35,014 bases of DNA from Candidatus Eiseniibacteriota bacterium (GCA_016880395.1 JAEHDN010000033.1:1-35014), one strand, 5' to 3'. Shown: positions 1 to 8,311, counted from the first letter of the stretch. The notes: a model not told the origin generated them from the letters alone. Numbers and translations are program-made.

Positions 1-188
1 ACCGGAAGGAGCTACGCCCGACGCGGCACCGCCGGGGCCGGAGCCGTTCGGTTCACGTGGTGCGGCGGGGCGAGACGCTCTCCCAGATCAGCGCGCACTA
101 TCACCTGAGCACGCGCCGCCTGCGCCAGCTCAACGACATCGCCGACGCCGGCGACATCCGCGCCGGACAGCGACTCCGCCTCCAGTAG
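1..188 (+). CDS. C-terminal fragment of a LysM peptidoglycan-binding domain protein (5' end outside window)
   Basis: The + strand frame 3 reads ...VHVVRRGETLSQISAHYHLSTRRLRQLNDIADAGDIRAGQRLRLQ and stops at TAG 186-188. This fits the canonical LysM pattern (V..GDTL..IA..Y.....L...N.....I..GQ.L.). It is absent from the ORF track because it is truncated. Confidence 0.6.
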   Translation, partial: RKELRPTRHRRGRSRSVHVVRRGETLSQISAHYHLSTRRLRQLNDIADAGDIRAGQRLRLQ

Positions 189-225
189 CCGCGCGTCGGG
201 GTCCCGGCCGCCGCGCTCCGATCCT

Positions 226-1485
226 CTAGCCCCGCTCCAGCACGTCCCCGCTCGCGAGTCCCTCCCGCGGAAAATCCTCCTCCGCCAGATCGGGAGCGAT
301 CCGCACGTTCCGCCCCACCGTGATGCCCTCGGGCACACGCGTCTCCTTGCCGACGAGCGTCAGGCCCGAGCTCAGGTGCTCCGGGCAGGAGCGATTCGGG
401 ATCGATGGGCCCGTGCCGATAACAGCCGCGCGCCCCACGTGCACGCGCTTGTCCAGGATGACGCGGTCGAGTACGGCGTCGGGTCCGATCCAGCACTCAC
501 CCATGACGATCGAGTCGCGCACGACCGCCCCCTCCTCCACCACGGCCCCGGGAAAGAGAACCGACCGCTCCACGGTGCCGTGCACGATGGTGCCGTGGGT
601 GACGATCGATGAGCGCACGTGCGCACCCGCCCCGATCCGCGCCGGCGGGTACTCCGTGCTCGGCGTGAAGATCGGCCAGCGCGGATCCTCGAGCGGAAAC
701 GGCGGGTCCTCGCTCACGAGGTCGAGGTTTGCCCGGTAGAAGGAATCGAGCGTCCCGATGTCCTGCCAATAGCCCGGGACGACGAACGCCGCCACCCGCC
801 CGCGCTCGACCAGAGCGGGCAGGATCTGCCGGCCGAAGTCGTGCGCCGAGTTCCGCTCGTCGTCGCGAACCAGCTCCTCGAGGAGAGCCGCGGTGCGGAA
901 GACATACACCCCCATCGAGATCCGCCCCGAGGGAGGATTCGCGGGCTTTTCGAGGAAGCCGGTGATCCAGCCCGACGCGTCGGTGCGGACGACGCCGAAC
1001 TGCGACGCCTGCTCGATCGGGACCTCGGTGACCGCGACCGTGGCGTCGGCGCCCCGCTCCAGGTGGGCCTCGATCATCGGTCGATAATCCATGCGATAGA
1101 CGTGATCGCCGGAGAGGACGAGGATGTGCTCCGCTTGGCGGTCCTGGACGCGGTGCCAGTTCTGCCAGACGGCGTCCGCCGTGCCTCGGTACCAGTCGTT
1201 CTCCGCCCAGCCCTGGAACGGCTGCAGGAGCTCGACGCCCCCACGCTTGCGATCGAGGTCCCACGCGCGGCCGATACCGATGTGGTCGCGCAGCGAGAGC
1301 GGCCGGTACTGGGTCAGGATCCCGACGTCGAAGATCCCGGAGTTCACGCAGTTCGAGAGCGTGAAGTCGATGATCCGGTACTTGCCGCCGAACGGAACGG
1401 CCGGCTTCGCGCGCTTCTCGGAGAGGAGGCAGAGCCGGCTCCCGACGCCTCCCGCGAGGATCATGGCGTAGCCGACGAAGCTCAT
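226..1485 (-). CDS. glgC: glucose-1-phosphate adenylyltransferase (ADP-glucose pyrophosphorylase), catalytic-type
   Basis: 419-aa ORF with GlgC motifs: [11 protein letters not shown]-loop, [30 protein letters not shown] and FLEKP, plus a C-terminal left-handed beta-helix region. Confidence 0.9.
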   Translation of the reverse strand: MSFVGYAMILAGGVGSRLCLLSEKRAKPAVPFGGKYRIIDFTLSNCVNSGIFDVGILTQYRPLSLRDHIGIGRAWDLDRKRGGVELLQPFQGWAENDWYRGTADAVWQNWHRVQDRQAEHILVLSGDHVYRMDYRPMIEAHLERGADATVAVTEVPIEQASQFGVVRTDASGWITGFLEKPANPPSGRISMGVYVFRTAALLEELVRDDERNSAHDFGRQILPALVERGRVAAFVVPGYWQDIGTLDSFYRANLDLVSEDPPFPLEDPRWPIFTPSTEYPPARIGAGAHVRSSIVTHGTIVHGTVERSVLFPGAVVEEGAVVRDSIVMGECWIGPDAVLDRVILDKRVHVGRAAVIGTGPSIPNRSCPEHLSSGLTLVGKETRVPEGITVGRNVRIAPDLAEEDFPREGLASGDVLERG

Positions 1486-2729
1486 CGCGCAGCTCCGACC
1501 GGCCGCGGCCGCACGGTGGAGCCCGAAGGCACCTCGCCCCGCCCGTAGTCGCGCTCTCGCACGCCGATCTCGACGAGCGTGTTGCGGCCCACCTTGGCGC
1601 CGGCCGGGACCTCGGCTCCCTTGCCGATCACGCAGAGGCCCGCGCCCAGGTCGTGGGGATGCTCGCGATGCCGCACCGGCTCGCCCACCCCGACCTCGGC
1701 CCCCTCGCCGATCCGCACTTCCTTGTCGATGATCGCGCGGTGGAGCTTCGCGCCCCGGAGGACGCGCGTGTCGTGCATCACGATCGAATCCTCGACGACC
1801 GCTCCGGGGCCGACGTGGACGCCCGGGAAGAGGATCGACCGGCGGACCGTCCCCTCGACCCGCGTTCCGTGCGCGATCATGCTCGAAGCGACCTCCGCGC
1901 CCGCGCCGAGGAGCGACGGGGCGCGGTCCTCGCTTGGCGTGTAGATGAGCCAGTCGGGATCATTGAGGTGGATGGGCGGGAGCGGCCGAAGGAGAGCCAT
2001 GCTCGCTTCGTAATAGGAGTCGATCGTCGTGACGTCGCGCCAGTAGCCGTCGAAGGGCTCCGCGTGCACGGGCAGCCCCTCGTCGATCATCGGTCGGATC
2101 ACGTCGGCCACGAGGTCTGGCCCGAGCGATGGGTCCGCCAGGCGGGCGAGGAGGTCGCGACCGCGGAAGAGGTAGATCGACGCCGAGACGACAGTCCCCG
2201 CGTCGCCCGTGCGGCGCGCCTCCACCGAGCGGATCCGTCCGGCGTCGTCGGTCTCGAGAATGCCGTAGCGCTCGGCCTCCTCGTCGGGACTCGCGGTCGT
2301 GACGACCGTCAGGGCCGACCCGCGCGCCTCGTGCCGCGCGATCAGGCGGCCGTAGTCCATCTTGTAGATCAGATCGCCCGAGACCACGAGGATGTGCCGC
2401 GCCTGCGCGTCCGCGATCACGTTCCGATTCTGGACCAGCGCGTCGGCGGTGCCGCGGTACCAGTTGGTCGCCCGCTGCCGCACGTACGGAGGCAGGAGGC
2501 GGATCCCGCCGTCGCGGCGATCCAGATCCCACGCCCGGCCGATGCCGATGTGCCCCTGGAGCGAGAGCGGCGCGTACTGCGTCAGGACGCCGATCCGCAT
2601 GAGGCCCGAGTGGACGCAGTTGGAGAGGGTGAAGTCGATGACGCGGTACTTGCCGCCGAACGGGAGGGCTGAGGCCGTGCGCATGCGGCCAAGGGCGTGG
2701 AGCCGCTCGCTCTTCCCCCCCGCGAGCAC
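1482..2729 (-). CDS. second ADP-glucose pyrophosphorylase paralog, GlgD-like (probably regulatory or non-catalytic)
   Basis: 415-aa ORF with a 4-nt overlap onto glgC. It shares [19 protein letters not shown] and VSGDLIYKMDY. The G-loop is degenerate (LAGGKSERL) and the EKP sugar-phosphate motif is replaced (SVEARR). The start is GTG 2727-2729 in the track; a CTG at 2757-2759 with an upstream GGAGG may be the real start. Confidence 0.8.
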   Translation of the reverse strand: MLAGGKSERLHALGRMRTASALPFGGKYRVIDFTLSNCVHSGLMRIGVLTQYAPLSLQGHIGIGRAWDLDRRDGGIRLLPPYVRQRATNWYRGTADALVQNRNVIADAQARHILVVSGDLIYKMDYGRLIARHEARGSALTVVTTASPDEEAERYGILETDDAGRIRSVEARRTGDAGTVVSASIYLFRGRDLLARLADPSLGPDLVADVIRPMIDEGLPVHAEPFDGYWRDVTTIDSYYEASMALLRPLPPIHLNDPDWLIYTPSEDRAPSLLGAGAEVASSMIAHGTRVEGTVRRSILFPGVHVGPGAVVEDSIVMHDTRVLRGAKLHRAIIDKEVRIGEGAEVGVGEPVRHREHPHDLGAGLCVIGKGAEVPAGAKVGRNTLVEIGVRERDYGRGEVPSGSTVRPRPVGAAR

Positions 2730-2783
2730 GAGGACGAGGATCGGCGGTACGACGGTCAGGCGCGGACCTCCGGCGCGGAGCGC

Positions 2784-3818
2784 CTAGAACGCGAACGAAG
2801 CGGAAATGCGGTGGCTCGAATCCAGATCCTGATGGTCCAGGTACGCGTAGTCGAGCCCGAATTTCTTGAAGCGGAATCCGGTTCCCGCCGCGAAGTTCTG
2901 CCCCTCGAAGCCGGCGCGGAGCGCGAGCTTCCGCTCGAGCCAGTACTCGAGCCCCGGATGGAAGAGGAAGGTCACCGAGCCTAGGTGCGCCTGGCTGGAG
3001 AGCTGCTCGTCGGAGAAGCCCATGTCGACGTCGAACGCGGCGGTCAGGACGTGTTTGCGGTTCGAGAAGGCCTTCGTCTTGGCCACGCCCAGCCGCAGGG
3101 ACGGTGCAATGTACTCATCGGTGCCCGTGTTCCATAAGATTCGCGTGGTGGTGGCGTCGCTCAGCTTGGCGCCGGCCGACCAGCCGTGCGACCCCACGTA
3201 GAGCGCGCCCAAGTCCAGTCCGAAGCCGTTCGAGCGGAGGCTGTCCCCCAGCCACTGCCGGATCAGCTTCACGTTCCCCCCGAGCGAGAAGCCGCGGCTC
3301 ACCTCGCGGGCGTAGCTGAAGAGGAGCGCGACGTCGTTGTCGCTGTCGAACACAAAGCGGCTCTCGTCCACGACCAGGCGGTCCTCGGGATAGTCGAACC
3401 GACCGTTTCCGTTCACGTCGATGATCTCGAGGCCGCGCGTGTCGGGGATCTCGTCGACGCCGAGCCGGATGAGCGAGACGGCGAGCCCCTGCTTGGCCTT
3501 GCCGGGGGCACCGATCGGTGTCGCGTAGGAGAGGAAGTCGTACTGCACGATCGAGCCGAACTGCTCGGCGTGCATGGCCGAGACCTCATGGGTGCCGAGG
3601 GTCGCGAGCCCGGCGGGATTCCAGTAGGCGGCGCTCCCGTCGTCGGCCAGCCCGGCGAAGGCACTGCCCATCCCGAGCGCGCGTGCGCCAACGCCGATGC
3701 GGAGGAATTCCCCGGCGTAGCGGGTCGCGTGGGCCGGCCGCGCGAACAGGAGGAGCCCGAGGGTCGGAAAGGCCAGGAGCAGGGCCAGATGGCGCATGCG
3801 CGGGAACGATGAGGTCAT
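2784..3818 (-). CDS. outer-membrane beta-barrel protein, PorV/PorQ (FadL-like) family
   Basis: The signal peptide is MRHLALLLAFPTLGLLLFARPAHA. It is followed by GARALGMGSAFAGLADDGSAAYWNPAGLA, the hallmark N-terminal motif of PorV/UPF0164-type barrels, and the protein ends in an aromatic residue (..SASFAF). The track ORF extends to 3956, but that Arg/Gly-rich extension overlaps the PilZ gene. ATG 3816-3818 or ATG 3795-3797 is more plausible. Confidence 0.6.
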   Translation of the reverse strand: MTSSFPRMRHLALLLAFPTLGLLLFARPAHATRYAGEFLRIGVGARALGMGSAFAGLADDGSAAYWNPAGLATLGTHEVSAMHAEQFGSIVQYDFLSYATPIGAPGKAKQGLAVSLIRLGVDEIPDTRGLEIIDVNGNGRFDYPEDRLVVDESRFVFDSDNDVALLFSYAREVSRGFSLGGNVKLIRQWLGDSLRSNGFGLDLGALYVGSHGWSAGAKLSDATTTRILWNTGTDEYIAPSLRLGVAKTKAFSNRKHVLTAAFDVDMGFSDEQLSSQAHLGSVTFLFHPGLEYWLERKLALRAGFEGQNFAAGTGFRFKKFGLDYAYLDHQDLDSSHRISASFAF

Positions 3819-3909
3819 GGGCGGGTGACGGGATCCTCGCGTGGACGACGCGGCCGTTCCGTAGCAACTACCCGCGGGCCGAGCCGCCGGTTCCCCCCGG
3901 CGGCGTCCG

Positions 3910-4344
3910 TCACGGCGCGGCGCTCCGCCGCGGCCGGGCCGCTTCCGGCTCCCCATTCGACGTCGGGATCCGGCGGATCGTGCGCCAGAGGACGTACTGC
4001 TCGATCAGCTCCCGGTCCCCTTCGGCGAGGTCGGTGAAGTAACAGGCCATCTCGTAGCGGGTCGTCTGGCGGGGGCCCGTCCGCTCCTCGCAACGCACGA
4101 TCACGCCCTGGCACTGGAGCATCCGCTCCCGGCGGAGGCGGCGCCCGAACGGAGGCAGGAGCAGCGTCAGCGCCACCTTGGTCAGCGGGGAGAGGAACAG
4201 CCGGCTCCCGAACTGGATGCCGCTTGCGGAGAGGTTGATGCTCTCGGTGGTGACGACGGACGCGTCGTCCTGTCCCGAGACCTGCATCGCGAGCTTGGCG
4301 GAGATGCGGGGCGCTTGGCGTCGCTCGCGGGTCGGCTTGGTCAT
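3910..4344 (-). CDS. stand-alone PilZ domain protein (c-di-GMP receptor)
   Basis: Both PilZ signatures are present: RxxxR (RRQAPR) and D/NxSxxG (NLSASG). ATG 4342-4344 is preceded by AAGGAGAGG, so it is preferred over the track start at 4374. Confidence 0.75.
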   Translation of the reverse strand: MTKPTRERRQAPRISAKLAMQVSGQDDASVVTTESINLSASGIQFGSRLFLSPLTKVALTLLLPPFGRRLRRERMLQCQGVIVRCEERTGPRQTTRYEMACYFTDLAEGDRELIEQYVLWRTIRRIPTSNGEPEAARPRRSAAP

Positions 4345-4379
4345 GGACCTCTCCTTGTGGGGGCGTCGTTCCATGGGGC

Positions 4380-6359
4380 CTACCGGCGGCCCCCCTGACG
4401 CCGGTGTGCGGTGCGCTTACCCTGCGACCGCCGTTTCTGTCTCGGGCCGCCCCCCGACCGGGGAACGAGCCCCAACTCGATCTCCCGCCGGTCGAGGTCC
4501 GCGCGGCTGACCACGACCGAGATGGCGTCGCCCAGACCGAAGCGGTGCCGGGACCGTTTCGATCGGTACGAGAATCCGTGCTCCGCGAGGCTCAGCGACG
4601 GATCGCCGAGCGACCGCTTCGGCAGGAACCCCTCGATGTTCCAGTCGGGGATCCAGACGAAGAGACCGTTGGGCGACAGCCCGGCGATCATGCCTCTCGC
4701 TTCCTCGCCGAGGCGCGAGAGCGCGAACCGCACCGCCTTGCGCTTCTCGACGTCGCGCTCCGCGTCGTCGGCGGAGATCTCGGCCTCTGACGCGCGCCCC
4801 GCGACCGACGCGTTGAGCCACTCCCCCGCGAATGTCCAGGGATCGCCCCCGGAGCGCTCCTTCTCCTCGAGGAGGAACCGCTTCACGATCCGGTGATTCG
4901 CGAGGTCCGGATAGCGTCGGATGGGCGAGGTGAAGTGCGCGTACCCCGCCATTCCCAGCCCGAAATGCCCCACGTCGACCAGATCGTAGCGAGCTTTTTC
5001 CAGGGCACGCAGCAGATACAGGTTGAGGAGCCGGTCCTTCGCCGCGCGACCGTGACTGATCCAGCGCCGGAGCTGCCGCGCGTCGGTCACGATCTGCGCC
5101 GGTCCCTGCCTGCCGAGATAGCGTGCCGCCTCGAAGAAGGAGCGCAGCTTATCATACCGGGGTCTCTCGTGAACCCGGTAAAGAAACGGCAGCTCCCGCG
5201 CATGGGCGCGCTGCCCCACGATCTGGTTCGCGAGCAGCATGAACTCCTCGATCAAGCCGTGTGTGGGAAGCCGCGCGGCTTCCTCGAAGCGGATGGGATC
5301 GCCGGACGCGTCGAGCTCGGGCTTGATCTCCGGCAGATCCAGCTCGAGCCCGCCCCGCTCGAAGCGGCGCGCGCGAAGCGCGTGCGCGATCCGGTCGAGC
5401 GTGCGGAGCGTGAGCGCCACGTCCCCCGACTCCTCGCGCAGGATCCGGTGCGCCTCGGGATAGCTGAGGGAGGCCGCGCTCCGGATCACGCCCTCGACCA
5501 CGCGCGCGCCTCGGAGCTCACCGCTCTCGGCGATATCGGCCAGAACGGAGACCGTGAGCCGGTCGTCCCCTTCGGTGAGACTGCAAAGCCCCGACGAGAG
5601 CGCCTCGGGGAGCATGGGATAGGTCGTGTCGGCGAGATAGACGCTCGTCCCGCGCTCCCGCGCCTCGCGGTCGAGCGCGGTCCCGGGGCGGACGTAGTGG
5701 GTCACATCGGCAATGTGGATACCGACGGTGGTCACGCCCCCTTCGTGCGCCTCGATCGAGAGAGCGTCGTCGTGATCCTTGGCGTCCGCGGGATCGATGG
5801 TCAGCACACGGCCCGTTCGGAAATCGGTCCGTCCCCGGATGGCGTGGCCCACGGAATCATCCCGGAACGCCGAGGCCTCCCGCTCCGCCTCGGGATCGAA
5901 CTCGATGCGGATGCCCTCCTCGAGAGCGACGATCCAGCTGTCCTCGCGCGGGTCATCGTCCGCGAATACCGCCTCGACCCGACCCACCAGCGGATCCGGC
6001 GGCGTGGGCTCGAGGCGTACGAGCACGCGCGTCCGCGGCGGGATCCGGGCGCGACCGTGCAGGGTGAGGACGATCTCGCGGGGATATTCGGGGCGCTCGG
6101 GAAGCAGGAGCGCGTTCCGACCACGCCCCTCGAAGCGACCCATGATGCCGTACCGTGTGCGCTCGAGGACCTCGACCACCTCGTGCGCGTCCCCCTGCGG
6201 GCCCGAGTCGAGGAAGCCGACCCGCACACGATCGCCGTGGAGCGCGCCCCCCATGGCGAACGGAGGGATGAAGAGGTCCTCGCCGCCGTCCTCGACGCGC
6301 ACGAAGCCGTAGCCGAACCGCGTGCGCTCAAGCCGTCCGATGAGGGTGCGCGGGGTCAT
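4380..6359 (-). CDS. rnr: ribonuclease R (RNB-family 3'-5' exoribonuclease)
   Basis: 659 aa. The N-terminus has cold-shock-like OB folds (GYGFVRVEDGGEDLFIP). The RNB core has motifs such as TIDPADAKDHDDALS and HFGLGMAGYAHFTSPIRRYPDL. There is a C-terminal S1 domain and a Lys/Arg-rich tail. Confidence 0.9.
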   Translation of the reverse strand: MTPRTLIGRLERTRFGYGFVRVEDGGEDLFIPPFAMGGALHGDRVRVGFLDSGPQGDAHEVVEVLERTRYGIMGRFEGRGRNALLLPERPEYPREIVLTLHGRARIPPRTRVLVRLEPTPPDPLVGRVEAVFADDDPREDSWIVALEEGIRIEFDPEAEREASAFRDDSVGHAIRGRTDFRTGRVLTIDPADAKDHDDALSIEAHEGGVTTVGIHIADVTHYVRPGTALDREARERGTSVYLADTTYPMLPEALSSGLCSLTEGDDRLTVSVLADIAESGELRGARVVEGVIRSAASLSYPEAHRILREESGDVALTLRTLDRIAHALRARRFERGGLELDLPEIKPELDASGDPIRFEEAARLPTHGLIEEFMLLANQIVGQRAHARELPFLYRVHERPRYDKLRSFFEAARYLGRQGPAQIVTDARQLRRWISHGRAAKDRLLNLYLLRALEKARYDLVDVGHFGLGMAGYAHFTSPIRRYPDLANHRIVKRFLLEEKERSGGDPWTFAGEWLNASVAGRASEAEISADDAERDVEKRKAVRFALSRLGEEARGMIAGLSPNGLFVWIPDWNIEGFLPKRSLGDPSLSLAEHGFSYRSKRSRHRFGLGDAISVVVSRADLDRREIELGLVPRSGGGPRQKRRSQGKRTAHRRQGGRR

Positions 6360-6360
6360 G

Positions 6361-6410
6361 GGGAAAACAGGGCCGGCCCGACCGTCCCCAAAGGGAAACT
6401 GTCGGGCCGG
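6361..6410 (-). terminator. intrinsic-terminator-like hairpin downstream of the bS22-like ORF, ending 2-5 nt before the rnr ATG
   Basis: The minus strand reads CCGGCCCGAC-AGTTTCCCTTTGGGGACG-GTCGGGCCGG. This is a 10-bp perfect stem (6373-6382 / 6401-6410) with an inner TCCC/GGGA pairing, followed by CCCTGTTTTCCCC and then ATG of rnr (6357-6359). Confidence 0.5.
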
Positions 6411-6455
6411 AGACCGGTCCGGGAGCGGCGCGCAGCGGGCCGCGGAATCACGTGA

Positions 6456-6551
6456 TCAGCGAAGCTTCTTCTTGTGCCGATCGCGCCGGAGCCGCTTCTT
6501 GCGCTTGTGGGTGGCGATCTTCTTCCGCTTCCGCTTCTTTCCGCTTCCCAT
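6456..6551 (-). CDS. 31-aa Lys/Arg-rich micro-protein resembling ribosomal protein bS22 (AURKAIP1/COX24-domain family)
   Basis: Manual translation gives MGSGKKRKRKKIATHKRKKRLRRDRHKKKLR followed by TGA. AAGGAG lies 5-6 nt upstream of the ATG. The ORF sits 24 nt downstream of the HU gene and is below the ORF-track size cutoff. Confidence 0.6.
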   Translation of the reverse strand: MGSGKKRKRKKIATHKRKKRLRRDRHKKKLR

Positions 6552-6575
6552 CGGTCTCCTTCGGCCGCCCGCAGA

Positions 6576-6854
6576 TCAACCGCCGCGGACCGCGCCTTTG
6601 AGCTCGTTCGACGCCTTGAAGACCGGCACCAGCTTCGCCGGCACCATCACCTCGGCGCCCGATCTCGGGTTACGGGCCTTGCGGGCCTTCCGCTCCCGCA
6701 CCTTGAACGTCCCGAATCCCCGGATCTCGATATGCTTCCCTTCGCTCAGCGCACGCGAGATCGCGTTCAACAGCTGATCGACGATCGTGGCCGTCTCGCT
6801 CTTCGAAATCTTGGTCGAGGACGAAATCTCGTCCACGAGATCGGCTTTCGTCAT
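6576..6854 (-). CDS. HU/IHF family DNA-binding protein
   Basis: The protein starts MTKADLVDEISSSTKISKSETATIVDQLL and contains RGFGTFKVRERKARKARNPRSGAEVMVPAK, the DNA-binding arm with its conserved proline. ATG 6852-6854 is preceded by GGAGGA. The track start at 6932 is an extension. Confidence 0.9.
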   Translation of the reverse strand: MTKADLVDEISSSTKISKSETATIVDQLLNAISRALSEGKHIEIRGFGTFKVRERKARKARNPRSGAEVMVPAKLVPVFKASNELKGAVRGG

Positions 6855-6903
6855 GTTGGTTCCTCCATCGGCTGCGGCCGCGTAACCGCCGAAGCCGGGC
6901 CAG

Positions 6904-6932
6904 AATCTAGCATCGGCCCCCGGAGCCGTCAA
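6904..6932 (-). promoter_or_regulatory. candidate sigma70-type promoter for the HU/bS22-like (and possibly rnr) transcript
   Basis: The minus strand reads TTGACG (6927-6932), a 17-nt spacer, then TAGATT (6904-6909). It lies directly after the sppA stop codon and about 45 nt upstream of the HU ATG. Confidence 0.45.
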
Positions 6933-7826
6933 TCAACGCAGGCGGTACTCCAGGCGGGGGCCCATCGAGGAGAACCCGGCGGCTTCGCCGACCTGGTTCA
7001 TCTTCTCGTCGAGCAAATCCAGCAAGCTGACTTTGTGACGCTCCTTGCGGACGATCGTCGGCTCTCCCCGGATCCCTCCCAGCTTGGCGGCCATATCGAT
7101 CGCGTCGTCGAGATCGCCGAGCCGGTCCACGAATCCGTACTCGAGCGCCTGGTCCCCCGAGAAGACTCTTCCGTCCGCATAGGGCAGAACGTCCTCCCGG
7201 TCCATGCCGCGGCCATCGACGATCGCGTCCACGAACTGGTCGTACACGTTGGTCAGCACGCCCTGCAGGAGCTCGCGCTCGTCGGCGGTCATCGGACGCC
7301 AGATGGAGCCGACGTCCTTGAACTTGCCCGTCTTGATCACCTCGAGACGGATGCCGACCTTCCGAAACAGCTCCTCGGTGTTCGGGAAGCTCATGATCAC
7401 GCCGATGCTCCCCGTCAGCGTCCCCGGATTGGAGACGATGGAATCGGCCGCGCACGCGATATAGTACGCGCCCGACGCCGCCACGCCCGCGAACGACGCG
7501 ACCACGGGTTTCTTGTCGTCGTGGAGCTTCCCGAGCGCCTCGTAGATCTCCTGCGAGGCCGCAACGCCCCCGCCGGGACTGTCGAGACGGACCACGACCG
7601 CGCGCACGCTGGCGTCCCGATCGAGCCGCTCGATCTGGGCCACGATCGCGTCTGAGTCGTCGATCTCGCCGAACACTTCCACGAGACCGACGCGCCCGCC
7701 GAGACCTCCCCACGCGGGGCGATCTCCGCTCAACGCCATGTTGACCACGAGGAATGCCAGTGCCACCGTCGCGACGGTCCCCACGAGCAGGAGCGCACAG
7801 CCCCACAGCCAGCGATTCCGAGCCAA
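6933..7826 (-). CDS. sppA: signal peptide peptidase SppA, 36K type (S49 family)
   Basis: S49 motifs are present: VVVRLDSPGGGV, GVAASGAYYIACAADSIV and GTLTGSIGV. The track ORF runs to 7991, but its first 55 aa are Arg-rich and contain a strong hairpin. TTG 7824-7826 is preceded by GGAGG and yields MARNRWLWGCALLLVG..., a short tail plus TM as expected for SppA. The start is uncertain. Confidence 0.8.
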   Translation of the reverse strand: MARNRWLWGCALLLVGTVATVALAFLVVNMALSGDRPAWGGLGGRVGLVEVFGEIDDSDAIVAQIERLDRDASVRAVVVRLDSPGGGVAASQEIYEALGKLHDDKKPVVASFAGVAASGAYYIACAADSIVSNPGTLTGSIGVIMSFPNTEELFRKVGIRLEVIKTGKFKDVGSIWRPMTADERELLQGVLTNVYDQFVDAIVDGRGMDREDVLPYADGRVFSGDQALEYGFVDRLGDLDDAIDMAAKLGGIRGEPTIVRKERHKVSLLDLLDEKMNQVGEAAGFSSMGPRLEYRLR

Positions 7827-7906
7827 CCGTCCCTCCGATCCCTGGATCAGCACTGAGGATAGCCGGAACCAACGTACCAGACCGGAAGGGGGCTTGAAAG
7901 GAGGAA

Positions 7907-7931
7907 GGCGCCGCAGTCTCGCCGCGGCGCC
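7907..7931 (-). terminator. GC-rich hairpin with pyrimidine/U-rich tail (terminator or attenuator candidate)
   Basis: The minus strand reads GGCGCCGC-ggcgagact-GCGGCGCC, a perfect 8-bp stem, followed by TTCCTCCTTTC. It lies about 80 nt upstream of the proposed sppA TTG start. Confidence 0.35.
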
Positions 7932-8197
7932 TTCGGAGGCCCGGGGGAAGTCGGGCCCTTGTAGTACATGTTCCCCACGTGTGCCGTGCATCCGGTGCCG
8001 TTGGAACTGCGTCGTCTCGTCGAGGGGATCAGCTCAGGACCGGACGATTCTCGCGAGCACCGCAGGGAACAAGATCAGTTTTTTTGTTGCGTCCTACGCC
8101 CAGTAGATACAGCAACCCCCGTTCCCCGCGGCGACCAGGCGTGGGAAATCGCAAAGAAACCTGGTCGAGCCTTGGCTCGAACGGGCCACATCTAAGT

Positions 8198-8226
8198 TAT
8201 GTAATACGAATGCGATACGATCACAA
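8198..8226 (-). promoter_or_regulatory. candidate sigma70-type promoter inside the GC-poor spacer
   Basis: The minus strand reads TTGTGA (8221-8226), a 17-nt spacer, then TACATA (8198-8203). It sits in the most AT-rich stretch of the window. Confidence 0.25.
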
Positions 8227-8311
8227 TCTTGAGCTTAAGTTGAGGACGGCCGGCGGAGTGTCCCGATGCGGGGACCAGCGACCGTGCAGCGATCGTGCGA
8301 GTGGCTGGATC

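Noticed and set aside
189-225. A bidirectional terminator was expected between the convergent LysM gene and glgC.
   Set aside because: Only short, imperfect GC pairings (GCGCG/CGCGC) are present. There is no convincing stem-loop or U-tract.
7986-7999. A sigma54-like GGCAC...TGCA element lies on the minus strand upstream of sppA.
   Set aside because: The spacing between the GG and GC dinucleotides is about 9 nt instead of the required 10-11, and the TTGC core is incomplete.
8165-8180. A tRNA-like T-arm motif (GTTCGAGCC) lies in the gpmI-sppA spacer.
   Set aside because: The flanking sequence cannot form an acceptor stem or anticodon arm. The motif is simply half of a 16-nt palindrome.
7968-8195. 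A 75-aa + strand ORF (MFPTCAVHPV...) lies in the GC-poor spacer.
   Set aside because: It has no SD, its third-position GC is far below that of all confident genes here, and its composition is odd (FFCC, runs from a T7 tract). It is more likely non-coding, though a horizontally acquired small gene cannot be excluded.
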